A stretch of DNA of 64,000 nt, taken from Sporosarcina sp. GTDB taxonomy: Bacteria > Bacillota > Bacilli > Bacillales_A > Planococcaceae. The position numbers and the translations under genes were made by a program. This document shows, one piece after another, positions 52,225-60,484 of this stretch (position 1 is the stretch's first letter; each line of letters begins with the position of its first letter). Under the pieces are notes generated by a model, which saw only the letters and a list, made by a program, of their open reading frames with translations, was not told where the DNA came from and did not search any database. The stretch lies in assembly GCF_029257255.1 (NCBI RefSeq), contig NZ_JARICI010000026.1:11497-75496 (forward strand). Reading direction: 5' to 3'.

Positions 52225-53271
52225 ATGAGAATGCGTAAGTGGGGAATAGTGGCCGTCATCCTAATACTGATAGCGGTTCTTGGGCTTTATCCGTTAGATA
52301 TGTATATTTCAAGACCCGGCGGTGCATATGATTTGGCTCCGCTCGTTGAGGTGGACGGCGGCGATCAAAATGAACGGGGAACATTTAGTCTGATGACGAT
52401 TGCAATTGGAAAAGCGACGCCTGTAACTTACGCGTTTTCGCATGTGTCAGATAAAATGAAGCTACTGCCTGCTAAAAATGTGAGAAGGCACGGTGAAAGT
52501 GACGAAGAATACTCCATCCGTCAGAAAAAGTTGATGGCTGATTCAAAAATGCATGCCATTTCTGTAGCGTTTGAAAAGACCGGGAAGCCGATAGAAAGAA
52601 TATTTAGAGGTGTGTACGTAGCCAATGTACTGCCGGCCGGAACAGCTGCGGGGAAACTTTTTGCAGGTGACCTGGTCCAATCTATTGATGATGAGAAGCT
52701 ATCTTCAGCCGAAGAGTTCATTGGCTTGATCGGCAGCAAGAAAGAAGGAGATCTGGTAAGTCTTCGTGTCAGTCGGGGGGAACAGATGCTGACGATTCCG
52801 TTAGAACTGAAAAAGTTGCCCGGCGAAGAGCAACGCGTAGGATTGGGTATTCATTTTGAAGAGCAGATTGACATTGAAACGGATCCTAAAGTTGATATCC
52901 ATACGGAAGATATCGGAGGACCGTCGGCGGGTCTGATGTTCACTCTTGAGCTGATGAACCGTTTAACAGAAGTGGATTTGACAAAAGGATACAATATTGC
53001 GGGAACAGGCGAAATGCTGGAGGATGGATCGGTCGGACGTATTGGCGGCATCGATTTCAAAATCATCGCGGCGGACCGTCAAGATATAGAAATATTCTTT
53101 GCGCCTGACGATGAGTTGCCGGATGAAGTGAAAAAGAAAAATCCGCAGCTTGTCTCTAACTACGAAGAAGCAAGAGATACTGCGGAAAAAATCGGCACGA
53201 AAATGAAAGTTATACCGGTAAAAACGGTGGATGACGCTCTAAGTTACCTGGAACAATTGGAAGAAAAATAA
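52225..53271 (+). CDS. ylbL: PDZ plus Lon-like S16 protease domain protein (YlbL/SepM family)
   Basis: N-terminal TMS, PDZ region, and C-terminal GPSAGLMFTLE serine motif. Confidence 0.85.
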   Translation: MRMRKWGIVAVILILIAVLGLYPLDMYISRPGGAYDLAPLVEVDGGDQNERGTFSLMTIAIGKATPVTYAFSHVSDKMKLLPAKNVRRHGESDEEYSIRQKKLMADSKMHAISVAFEKTGKPIERIFRGVYVANVLPAGTAAGKLFAGDLVQSIDDEKLSSAEEFIGLIGSKKEGDLVSLRVSRGEQMLTIPLELKKLPGEEQRVGLGIHFEEQIDIETDPKVDIHTEDIGGPSAGLMFTLELMNRLTEVDLTKGYNIAGTGEMLEDGSVGRIGGIDFKIIAADRQDIEIFFAPDDELPDEVKKKNPQLVSNYEEARDTAEKIGTKMKVIPVKTVDDALSYLEQLEEK

Positions 53272-53279
53272 CAGCTGTT

Positions 53280-54482
53280 CTAGAGCAAGATAGGCGGGGT
53301 TCGGTAATCCAGGCCGGACAAAGATGCATCCGGCCGCACACCGCACATATAAATATCCGTACTCTTAATATCCAGTTCGAGCGAAGGATCGGACAGGGAA
53401 GCTGCTCTGCTGACAAGCGGTAGTTCCAGCTTTTTTTTCGCAATTTGCAAATAACTTCTGCCCGCTTCTGACATCCCGAGAAGCCGAAGATACGCGGGTT
53501 CTGTGATTTTATCGCGGGTTGACGCGCGGCAGCCAGTCAGGATGTGGACGAGCATCCGCTGAATTCGTGTCCATGTATAGCGCTTTGATTTGACTGCCTG
53601 CATGAAGCTTTGAAACGTCGGCTGCTCTTTAGCGGCTTTGAAAAAGGCGAATTCGATACCTTCCGATATATCCGCAATTTCACTCAGAAGTCCGGGTCCT
53701 TCGCGTAGAATCGTATAACGCAGAAGTGGATAAAACTTGTCCCAGCTTTGAAATTCGAACTGCTCCTGCCAGTCATTTAATAATTGAAAAGAAGCAGCTG
53801 GCAGAAAAGAGTGAATGTCATCATCTGAATCAGGTGAGAAAATTGATTTTCGGATGCTGGTCGCACTTGCAATAGGGTGGTCGGGCAATTCGGTATCATG
53901 ATAATGCGTTCCTGTTCTCTCAATTGTCACAGGCTTCATGGAGGATTGAATTTCCCTTGCCGCCTGCATATATTGAAAACCTAAAATATTATTCGGCTCA
54001 GCCAAATTGGCTAATTCAACGGAAGTATCAGAGGAAATTATTTCATAACCTTTGCGCAATGCATTCGGATAGCTCAAGCCCTCTTTCATTGCTTGTTGTA
54101 TCGTTTGTTCATAAATTTGTCGATGCTGTGAAATTAAATCTAAGCTACTGGTAAAAGGAGCGATGGACCCTTGCTCGCTGCCGAAGCAGAAATAACTGCA
54201 GCCGGCAGCGTCGAGAAGCTGGATGGCGCCTTTAGCGAATTGTGTAGCGTGTGCCGTTGCAAAGGCATAAGGCAGTTCGATGACCACATCTGCACCGCCT
54301 GCGAGAGCCATCTTGGTACGGGTCCATTTATCCACGATCGCAGGCTCTCCCCGTTGCAGAAACTGGCCGCTCATAACTGCGATGATGACATCCGCTCCAG
54401 TCTGACTTTTCGCTTCCCGCAAATGAAAAAGATGCCCATTATGAAAGGGATTATATTCTACTGTAATTCCGGTTGCTATCAA
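53280..54482 (-). CDS. tmcAL: tRNA(Met) cytidine acetate ligase (YlbM)
   Basis: GITVEYNPFHNGHLFHLREAK nucleotidyltransferase N-terminus. 400 aa. Synteny. Confidence 0.85.
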   Translation of the reverse strand: MIATGITVEYNPFHNGHLFHLREAKSQTGADVIIAVMSGQFLQRGEPAIVDKWTRTKMALAGGADVVIELPYAFATAHATQFAKGAIQLLDAAGCSYFCFGSEQGSIAPFTSSLDLISQHRQIYEQTIQQAMKEGLSYPNALRKGYEIISSDTSVELANLAEPNNILGFQYMQAAREIQSSMKPVTIERTGTHYHDTELPDHPIASATSIRKSIFSPDSDDDIHSFLPAASFQLLNDWQEQFEFQSWDKFYPLLRYTILREGPGLLSEIADISEGIEFAFFKAAKEQPTFQSFMQAVKSKRYTWTRIQRMLVHILTGCRASTRDKITEPAYLRLLGMSEAGRSYLQIAKKKLELPLVSRAASLSDPSLELDIKSTDIYMCGVRPDASLSGLDYRTPPILL

Positions 54483-54608
54483 TGGAATCCTCCTCTATGC
54501 TAGTGTATAGTGAATTATAACGTTAAGCTTGTTGGAGTGACAAGAAAATATCTTGACATCCCTTATTTTAAATACTATAATCAACATTGTTGTCTTGAGG
54601 TGATAGAC

Positions 54609-55142
54609 ATGAAATGGTCCATTCATCAATTACGGAAACATAGGCAAGGCCCGCTATTGCTTGACGAAGCAGTAAATTTAGATTCCGTCAAAAAACGGAA
54701 TGAAGAAATTAGGGATATTAAGCCTGTTCGAGTAAGCGGAACATGTTCAATTGGTGAGAAAAAGTTAACATGCCAGCTTAGGTTAGAAGGTTCGATGACT
54801 CTGCCTTGTGCACGTACGTGGGAAGACGTCGAGTATCCGTTCTCCATAGAATCAGTTGAGCAATTCAGCTGGGACGAGGAGACGCTGCAGCGAGATGATG
54901 AAATTCATCCGGCTGAAGCAGATATGATCGATTTTACTCCTGTATTGGAAGAACTTATTTTACTAGAGATCCCGCTGCAAGTATTCTGCGAATCAGCAGA
55001 TGAAGTGCAGGAGATGGAAGGTAAAGGTTGGTCCTATACAACCGATGAAGAATTGGAAGCGATGCGGCTGCAAGAAGCAGAAGAGAAAGTGGATCCTCGC
55101 TTAGCGGGATTGGCTAATTTTTTTCAAACCGATAAAGAGTAA
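54609..55142 (+). CDS. ylbN: YceD/DUF177 family protein (YlbN)
   Basis: ATG 54609 follows GAGGTGA. Acidic DUF177 pattern. Directly upstream of rpmF, as is universal for this family. Confidence 0.85.
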   Translation: MKWSIHQLRKHRQGPLLLDEAVNLDSVKKRNEEIRDIKPVRVSGTCSIGEKKLTCQLRLEGSMTLPCARTWEDVEYPFSIESVEQFSWDEETLQRDDEIHPAEADMIDFTPVLEELILLEIPLQVFCESADEVQEMEGKGWSYTTDEELEAMRLQEAEEKVDPRLAGLANFFQTDKE

Positions 55143-55166
55143 ACCCTTATAAGGAGGTGCCCAAAA

Positions 55167-55340
55167 ATGGCAGTACCAAAGAGAAGAACTTCTAAAACGA
55201 AGAAAAATATGCGTCGAACTCATTTCAAAATTGAAGCGCCAGGTATGAATACTTGCGACAACTGTGGCGAAATGAAATTGGCACACCACGTTTGCAAATC
55301 TTGCGGACACTACAAAGGAAAAGACGTTGTAAACGGATAA
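55167..55340 (+). CDS. rpmF: 50S ribosomal protein L32
   Basis: [46 protein letters not shown]. Below the track's length cutoff, so found by manual translation. Confidence 0.95.
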   Translation: MAVPKRRTSKTKKNMRRTHFKIEAPGMNTCDNCGEMKLAHHVCKSCGHYKGKDVVNG

Positions 55341-55365
55341 GTAGATTCCAAACAGCGAAATAGAA

Positions 55366-55402
55366 GGCTGTCCTGAGACCATGGCTCAGGACAGTCTTTT
55401 TT
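55366..55402 (+). terminator. Terminator after rpmF
   Basis: ctgtcctgag-accatgg-ctcaggacag followed by tctttttt. Confidence 0.85.
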
Positions 55403-55470
55403 GTTTTTCATAAAAATGGTATGCTGAAAGAGAAGAGTGTTGGTAGTCTGTGTGGTTCCCGTTAATCGAT

Positions 55471-55622
55471 TTTCCTGGGAGTTAAAATGGGGTATGTTTT
55501 GCAGTTGAAACCCGCTGCGGCACTGGGGGATTGCCTTACGCCGTGAGCCAGCCGGCAAAGACCGCGCTAGTTGTCTCATGGCAACGGGCAACCCCGCAGT
55601 TGCGCCTTCGCTGGTGCGGGGA
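55471..55622 (+). repeat. Module C repeat, copy C1 (full)
   Basis: tttcctgggagttaaaatggggtatgttttgcagttgaaacccgctgcggcactgggggattgccttacgccgtgagccagccggcaaag..ggcaaccccgcagttgcgccttcgctggtg. Confidence 0.85.
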
Positions 55623-55685
55623 ATGAATGTCATGTTGTTATTTTCAGAGTTTGGAATTAGTTCATCTGGTCCCCATTTCCCGATC

Positions 55686-55762
55686 TTTCTGGAAGTTAGA
55701 ATGGAGTATGCTTTGCAGGACACTGGTTTAGCGCAACTGCCTATCAGAAAAGCTTCGCTGGT
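55686..55762 (+). repeat. Module C repeat, partial tandem second unit
   Basis: ttctggaagttagaatggagtatgctttgcag .. aaagcttcgctggtg repeats the head and tail of C1, with the core missing. Confidence 0.6.
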
Positions 55763-55907
55763 GATCATATTACCCGCTCAAGTGCTCATTGCCCTGACTC
55801 AGCCGCTTATAGACACCGGCCACGTGATCATTCGGCACTGCTGCGTGATCATACCGCATCCCGCCGTGATCATTGAACCGGCCTCTGCGCTCATAGCTAC
55901 TCCGAAG
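55761..55907 (+). repeat. Seven exact-phase 21-bp tandem repeats headed by GTGATCAT
   Basis: Heads lie at 55761, 55782, 55803, 55824, 55845, 55866 and 55887. They read GTGATCAT x4, then GTGCTCAT, CCGCTTAT and GCGCTCAT. Each is followed by a 13-nt GC-rich variable tail. Confidence 0.85.
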
Positions 55908-56023
55908 TTTTCGTTTCTCGACTTTGCGGGAGCTTTGGATGAAATGTGCAACTGCAGTTTGAATTGAGTGTATTACATGAACACAATATTTATCATGAAA
56001 GTCTTCAAAAGTACGATCATACT

Positions 56024-56125
56024 GCTAATCACATAAGAAGTACTGAAAAACAAGCCAGTGTACCGGAGGGGAAGGCAACCTAAGTACGCCGGCTGGTGTC
56101 TTACTTTCTGTAAAGTACACAGAAA
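56024..56125 (-). repeat. Module B/T repeat, copy 2
   Basis: Reverse complement reads ..ttctgtgtactttacagaaagtaagacaccagccggcgtacttaggttgccttcccctccggtacactggcttgtttttcagtacttcttatgtgattagc. Confidence 0.85.
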
Positions 56126-56195
56126 TACGACAAAGCGAACCCTACGCAGTTCGCTTGGCAACGGTTGCATGACTCACTTCGTGTGAGCCCGCGGC

Positions 56196-56320
56196 TAAAA
56201 CACTCCCGGAGGATCAGCGTGTCAGGTGAGACTCTGGACTGAGCGGAGCGAAGGAAGCGGCTCACCGCACGCCCTCCGGAACGCGTCAGCCTGGAACGCA
56301 GGGAAACGGGATCTTTTCAC
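56196..56320 (-). repeat. Module A repeat, copy A4 (lacks the outer 3' arm)
   Basis: Reverse complement reads gtgaaaagatcccgtttccctgcgttccaggctgacgcgttccggaggg..gatcctccgggagtgttttag. The segment agtgtaccg..ggcgact seen in A3 is absent, between ctcc direct repeats. Confidence 0.8.
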
Positions 56321-56390
56321 TTACCAATTATTCAGATTGTATTAATTTTATTTTTCCATCCAGTTTACATAAAAAAAAGGGGGAAACATT

Positions 56391-57152
56391 TTGTCTTTTT
56401 CTATTTTGATCGAGAATTCAATTGCCTACTTTACAATTACACGTCCTGAAATGCGCAATGCAATCAACTATGACGTCATGGGAGGTCTGGAAGAATTCCT
56501 GGACCGAATCGAAGACGATCCAGAAATCTCATTTGCTGTCATCACCGGTGAAGGAGAGCGGGCATTTTGCTCAGGAGGAGACCTCAGTGACTTCCACGGT
56601 TTCCAAACAGCAGAAGACGCGTGGCCGATGTTGAGTAGGGGAGCGAATATCCTATACCGTATTGCGACATTGCCAATGCCTACAGTTGCTGTAGTGAACG
56701 GAGCGGCAGTCGGGGGAGGTTGCGAGCTGGCGACAGCGTGTGACTATCGATTGGTATCAAACCAAGCAAAAGCAGGTTTCATTCAAGGGACACTGGCCAT
56801 CACTTCAGGCTGGGGCGGCGCAACGCTTTTATTCGAGAAGAACGGTCCACATGATCAGCTTATGATGTTAACGAGTAGAGCGAGCGTTCATTCAGCGGAA
56901 GAATTGAAGCAACTTGGCTGGGCGACTGAACTCTATAGGGGAGATGCTGATACAGCGCTGGAGCAATTTTTAGCACCGATGTTAAAAGTGCACCGCAATG
57001 TCCACCGCGCCTATAAAACGATTGCTACAAAAAAGTGGAAGGCGGCTGAACTGCAGCAGGCCATGCAGGAAGAAGCGCGTGTCTGTTCGGTACTGTGGGA
57101 AAGTGACGCTCATCATGAAGCGGTGCAACGATTTTTGACGAAGAGCAAGTAA
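56391..57152 (+). CDS. Enoyl-CoA hydratase/isomerase (crotonase) family protein
   Basis: 253 aa with crotonase motifs (FCSGGDL, AVVNGAAVGGGCELA). TTG start after GGGGGA. Confidence 0.85.
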   Translation: MSFSILIENSIAYFTITRPEMRNAINYDVMGGLEEFLDRIEDDPEISFAVITGEGERAFCSGGDLSDFHGFQTAEDAWPMLSRGANILYRIATLPMPTVAVVNGAAVGGGCELATACDYRLVSNQAKAGFIQGTLAITSGWGGATLLFEKNGPHDQLMMLTSRASVHSAEELKQLGWATELYRGDADTALEQFLAPMLKVHRNVHRAYKTIATKKWKAAELQQAMQEEARVCSVLWESDAHHEAVQRFLTKSK

Positions 57153-57199
57153 AGTTTATGTAACAAGAAACATAGACTTAGAAGCTGCTGTCTATTTAC

Positions 57200-57215
57200 T
57201 TGAAAACGTTTTCAA
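57200..57215. promoter_or_regulatory. Catabolite-responsive element (cre), perfect palindrome
   Basis: TTGAAAACGTTTTCAA contains TGAAAACGTTTTCA, which fits the cre consensus TGWAANCGNTNWCA at every position. Lies 62 nt upstream of the BCCP start and overlaps possible -35 hexamers. Confidence 0.6.
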
Positions 57216-57276
57216 AAGTAAGATACACTTACTATAAAGTTATACTGTTGGAAAATAGAAACCGAGGAGTGATTGT

Positions 57277-57492
57277 ATGCAAGAAGTCAAAGCGGCAATG
57301 GCAGGAACAATTTTTCAAATTGAAGTCAAAGTGGGAGACTCTGTAACCAAAGGACAGACCGTCATTATTCTGGAATCAATGAAAATGGAAATTCCGCTGG
57401 AGGCAGAGACGGACGGAACAATCACGGCAATTCACGGTAATGAAGGCGACTTTGTAAATGAAGATGATGTGCTGGTGACAATCCAATCTTGA
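57277..57492 (+). CDS. Small biotin carboxyl carrier protein
   Basis: 71 aa biotinyl domain with ESMKME biotin-attachment motif. GAGGAG SD. Confidence 0.85.
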   Translation: MQEVKAAMAGTIFQIEVKVGDSVTKGQTVIILESMKMEIPLEAETDGTITAIHGNEGDFVNEDDVLVTIQS

Positions 57493-57510
57493 CGGAAGGT
57501 GGGGAGTTTC

Positions 57511-59061
57511 TTGACAAATGATTCGACAAAGACTGCTTATAATGAAAAACTCGAAGAAATCTCTGCTCGCATCTCAGCTGGCGGCGGAGAAAAATACCAT
57601 CAGAAACTAGAAGAACAAAACAAACTGTTCGTCAGAGAACGCCTGAGCCTTCTGTTCGATGAAGGAAAATATGCAGAAGACGGCAAATTCGCCAACTGTG
57701 AAGCAAAAGATCTGCCGGCAGACGGTGTTGTGACGGCGACGGGCAAGATCAATGGTCAGACTGTCTGTGTCATGGCCAATGATTCTACTGTCAAAGCAGG
57801 ATCCTGGGGAGCGCGGACAGTCGAGAAAATCATACGTATTCAGGAAACGGCGGAGAAACTGCGCGTACCTTTACTTTATTTAGTGGATTCCGCAGGGGCA
57901 CGCATTACGGATCAACTCGATATGTTCCCGAACCGGCGGGGAGCTGGACGTATTTTCCATAATCAAGTGCGTTTATCGGGGATGATTCCGCAAGTGTGTA
58001 TTCTGTTCGGTCCTTCTGCTGCAGGAGGTGCTTATATTCCAGCTTTTTGTGATATTGTCATCATGGTCGAAGGCAATGCGTCGATGTACTTAGGTTCTCC
58101 AAGGATGGCGGAAAAGGTCATTGGTGAAAAAGTGTCACTCGAAGAAATGGGCGGCGCCCGTATGCACTGCTCCGTCAGCGGGTGTGGCGATGTGCTTGTG
58201 GAAAGTGAAAAGCAGGCAATTACGGAAGCACGCAGATATTTGGCGTATTTCCCTGCAAACTACGAGGCAGATACCAGAATCACAAAGCCCGGCACGATAA
58301 AAGAAGGGCGTTCATTGGAAGAGATTATTCCTGAAAATCAAAACGCTCCGTTTGATATGTATGAGGCGATCGATCAGCTAGTTGATGAAAACAGCCTGTT
58401 TGAGATTAAAAAACTGTTCGCGCCTGAAGTCATTACGACGCTTTCCCGAATCGATGGCCGGCCTGTTGGAATCATTGCAAACCAGCCGAAAGTAAAAGGC
58501 GGCGTACTATTTGTTGATTCGGCGGATAAGGTAACGAAATTCATCACGCTTTGTGATGCGTTTTCCATCCCCCTGTTGTTTTTGGCGGATGTCCCGGGCT
58601 TCATGATTGGAACGAAAGTGGAGCGCCAGGGGATTATCCGTCATGGAGCGAAACTGATTATGGCGATGAGTTCTGCAACTGTGCCGAAGATCTCGGTCAT
58701 TGTCCGTAAAGCATACGGCGCTGGTTTGTATGCAATGGCTGGTCCTGCTTTTGAGCCGGATGTCTGTATAGCACTGCCGACTGCACAAATAGCTGTCATG
58801 GGTCCAGAGGCTGCTGTCAATGCGGTTTATTCCAATAAAATTGAAGCAATTGATAATACGAAAGAAAAAATAGCTTTCATTAAGGCAAAACAACAGGAAT
58901 ATAAAGAGGAAATTGATATTTATAAGATGGCTTCCGAACTGATCATCGATGAAATTTCAGCTCCTTCTGAACTGCGCAACGTATTGGCAGAAAGACTAGC
59001 TTATTATGAAACGAAAGAAATCGTTCGTGCGCCAAGAAAACATCCTGTTTATCCTGTATAA
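57511..59061 (+). CDS. Acyl-CoA carboxylase carboxyltransferase (beta) subunit
   Basis: About 516 aa. Two crotonase-like CT halves typical of propionyl-/methylcrotonyl-CoA carboxylase beta (YngE/YqjD type). TTG 57511 follows GGTGGGGA. Confidence 0.9.
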   Translation: MTNDSTKTAYNEKLEEISARISAGGGEKYHQKLEEQNKLFVRERLSLLFDEGKYAEDGKFANCEAKDLPADGVVTATGKINGQTVCVMANDSTVKAGSWGARTVEKIIRIQETAEKLRVPLLYLVDSAGARITDQLDMFPNRRGAGRIFHNQVRLSGMIPQVCILFGPSAAGGAYIPAFCDIVIMVEGNASMYLGSPRMAEKVIGEKVSLEEMGGARMHCSVSGCGDVLVESEKQAITEARRYLAYFPANYEADTRITKPGTIKEGRSLEEIIPENQNAPFDMYEAIDQLVDENSLFEIKKLFAPEVITTLSRIDGRPVGIIANQPKVKGGVLFVDSADKVTKFITLCDAFSIPLLFLADVPGFMIGTKVERQGIIRHGAKLIMAMSSATVPKISVIVRKAYGAGLYAMAGPAFEPDVCIALPTAQIAVMGPEAAVNAVYSNKIEAIDNTKEKIAFIKAKQQEYKEEIDIYKMASELIIDEISAPSELRNVLAERLAYYETKEIVRAPRKHPVYPV

Positions 59062-59075
59062 TGAAATCAACCAAG

Positions 59076-59105
59076 AGAGACGCGGCTGTCGTGTCTCTTT
59101 TTTTT
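59076..59105 (+). terminator. Terminator after the carboxyltransferase gene
   Basis: agagacgcg-gctgt-cgtgtctct followed by tttttttt. Confidence 0.75.
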
Positions 59106-59119
59106 CAAGGAGGATATGT

Positions 59120-60019
59120 ATGCGATTTGTAATAGTGGGGGCAGGCTCCATAGGATTATTGATCGGCTCCTATTTAGCACAGCATAAAGCAGATGTGACA
59201 TTTTGGGTGCGGCGAAAAGAGCAGGCAGAGCAGTTGAAAAAAGGATTGGTCCGAATAGATGAAACAGGCGCGGAAACGATGGTATCTGTAAATGCTACTG
59301 TGCATCCGGAAGATCTGCCGACTGACGCTTTATGGATTATTGCAGTGAAATACGATGCACTGCATGATGTCTTACATACAGTCAGCTCATTACCTGAGCA
59401 ACCGGATTTGCTTTTCATTCAAAATGGAATCGGTCATGTAGCACTCGTTGAAAGTTTAGGGCTTTCTCATGCATCTTATTCAACAGTTGAACACGGGGCG
59501 GGACGTGTCGATGACCGGACAGTCCGACATAACGGAATTGGACCGATTACTATTGCTGTTTCAAATATAAAAATAGCTGAAACGGTCAAGTGGCTTGAGC
59601 AGATTGATCCGCAGCGTTTCCCAATCGCTGTCCAGCAGGATGCAGAAACTTTATTGCTTCGTAAAGCTTTAATTAATTGTGCCATTAATCCGCTGACAGC
59701 TGTTTTGCAGGTGAAAAACGGGCAGCTGCTCGAAAATGCATCTTTTTTTGAGTTGTTTCAGAAACAGTGCGCAGAATTGCTTGGCAACTTTCCGGAGATT
59801 GCAGACATACTTTCTTATGAGGAAATCGAAGCTGTTTGCAGAAAGACCGCGGGCAATCAATCTTCCATGCTGACAGATCGAATTAAAGGAAATCCGATGG
59901 AGATTGAAACCATTGTCACTGCAGTTTTGAACAAAATTCGAAAAAAAGGCGGACAGGCACCTTTATTGGAAATGCTTGAGTTGATGCTGAATGGTTTAAA
60001 TAGAGGTGGCGGACGCTGA
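59120..60019 (+). CDS. panE: 2-dehydropantoate 2-reductase
   Basis: MRFVIVGAGSIGLLIG Rossmann N-terminus, ApbA/PanE C-terminal pattern (SSMLTD). AAGGAGG SD. The track extension crosses a terminator. Confidence 0.85.
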   Translation: MRFVIVGAGSIGLLIGSYLAQHKADVTFWVRRKEQAEQLKKGLVRIDETGAETMVSVNATVHPEDLPTDALWIIAVKYDALHDVLHTVSSLPEQPDLLFIQNGIGHVALVESLGLSHASYSTVEHGAGRVDDRTVRHNGIGPITIAVSNIKIAETVKWLEQIDPQRFPIAVQQDAETLLLRKALINCAINPLTAVLQVKNGQLLENASFFELFQKQCAELLGNFPEIADILSYEEIEAVCRKTAGNQSSMLTDRIKGNPMEIETIVTAVLNKIRKKGGQAPLLEMLELMLNGLNRGGGR

Positions 60020-60399
60020 TGGCAGAAAATATAATCGGAGCGATTTTGCTCTTTCCTTTTATTGTTTTATTTGTCTTACTGCTGGTCTTTAAAAAAATCA
60101 GGGTCACTCCGTCTAAAAGATTCGGCTTGGCGGTGGACTTTACCACGCCATTTGTAGCAAGCGCAGTTACTGTTCTGCTTCACGCGATTTGGGATCAATG
60201 GCTAGGGGTTTATGTCATCGGGACTGTATGTGTAATTGCAATTCTTTTTTCCATCATCGAAAGGATAAAGGAAAAAGAGTTTCGGACACAACTTGTGCTG
60301 AGAAAAACGTGGCGGGTCTTTTTTCTCTTAGTGACCGCTGCTTATTTTCTGTTAATTATTTCAGGAATCATCTTGCAGATCATACATTATGCTAAGTGA
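60019..60399 (+). CDS. Small polytopic membrane protein (DUF3397-like)
   Basis: 126 aa, four hydrophobic spans. ATG overlaps the panE stop (TGATG). Sits before bshC as in many Bacillales. Confidence 0.55.
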   Translation: MAENIIGAILLFPFIVLFVLLLVFKKIRVTPSKRFGLAVDFTTPFVASAVTVLLHAIWDQWLGVYVIGTVCVIAILFSIIERIKEKEFRTQLVLRKTWRVFFLLVTAAYFLLIISGIILQIIHYAK

Positions 60400-60484
60400 T
60401 CTGAACTGTACAGGCGTATCAATTCAACCTGTCTGATTGAGATGATATACTGATGGTAGCATTCGATATAAAGGAGTTTATGAG

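Noticed and set aside
55761-55907. The 21-bp array as a CRISPR locus
   Set aside because: The units are contiguous, with no unique spacers between identical repeats. The unit length is too short, and there are no cas genes in the window.
55310-56170. Track ORFs 55310..55768 (-), 55578..55967 (+, xVIIxxx heptads) and 55973..56170 (-)
   Set aside because: They are entirely composed of module C, the 21-bp array, or module B/T. None has an SD. The heptad pattern is the direct consequence of a 21-bp DNA repeat. I cannot fully exclude translation of 55578..55967 without expression data.
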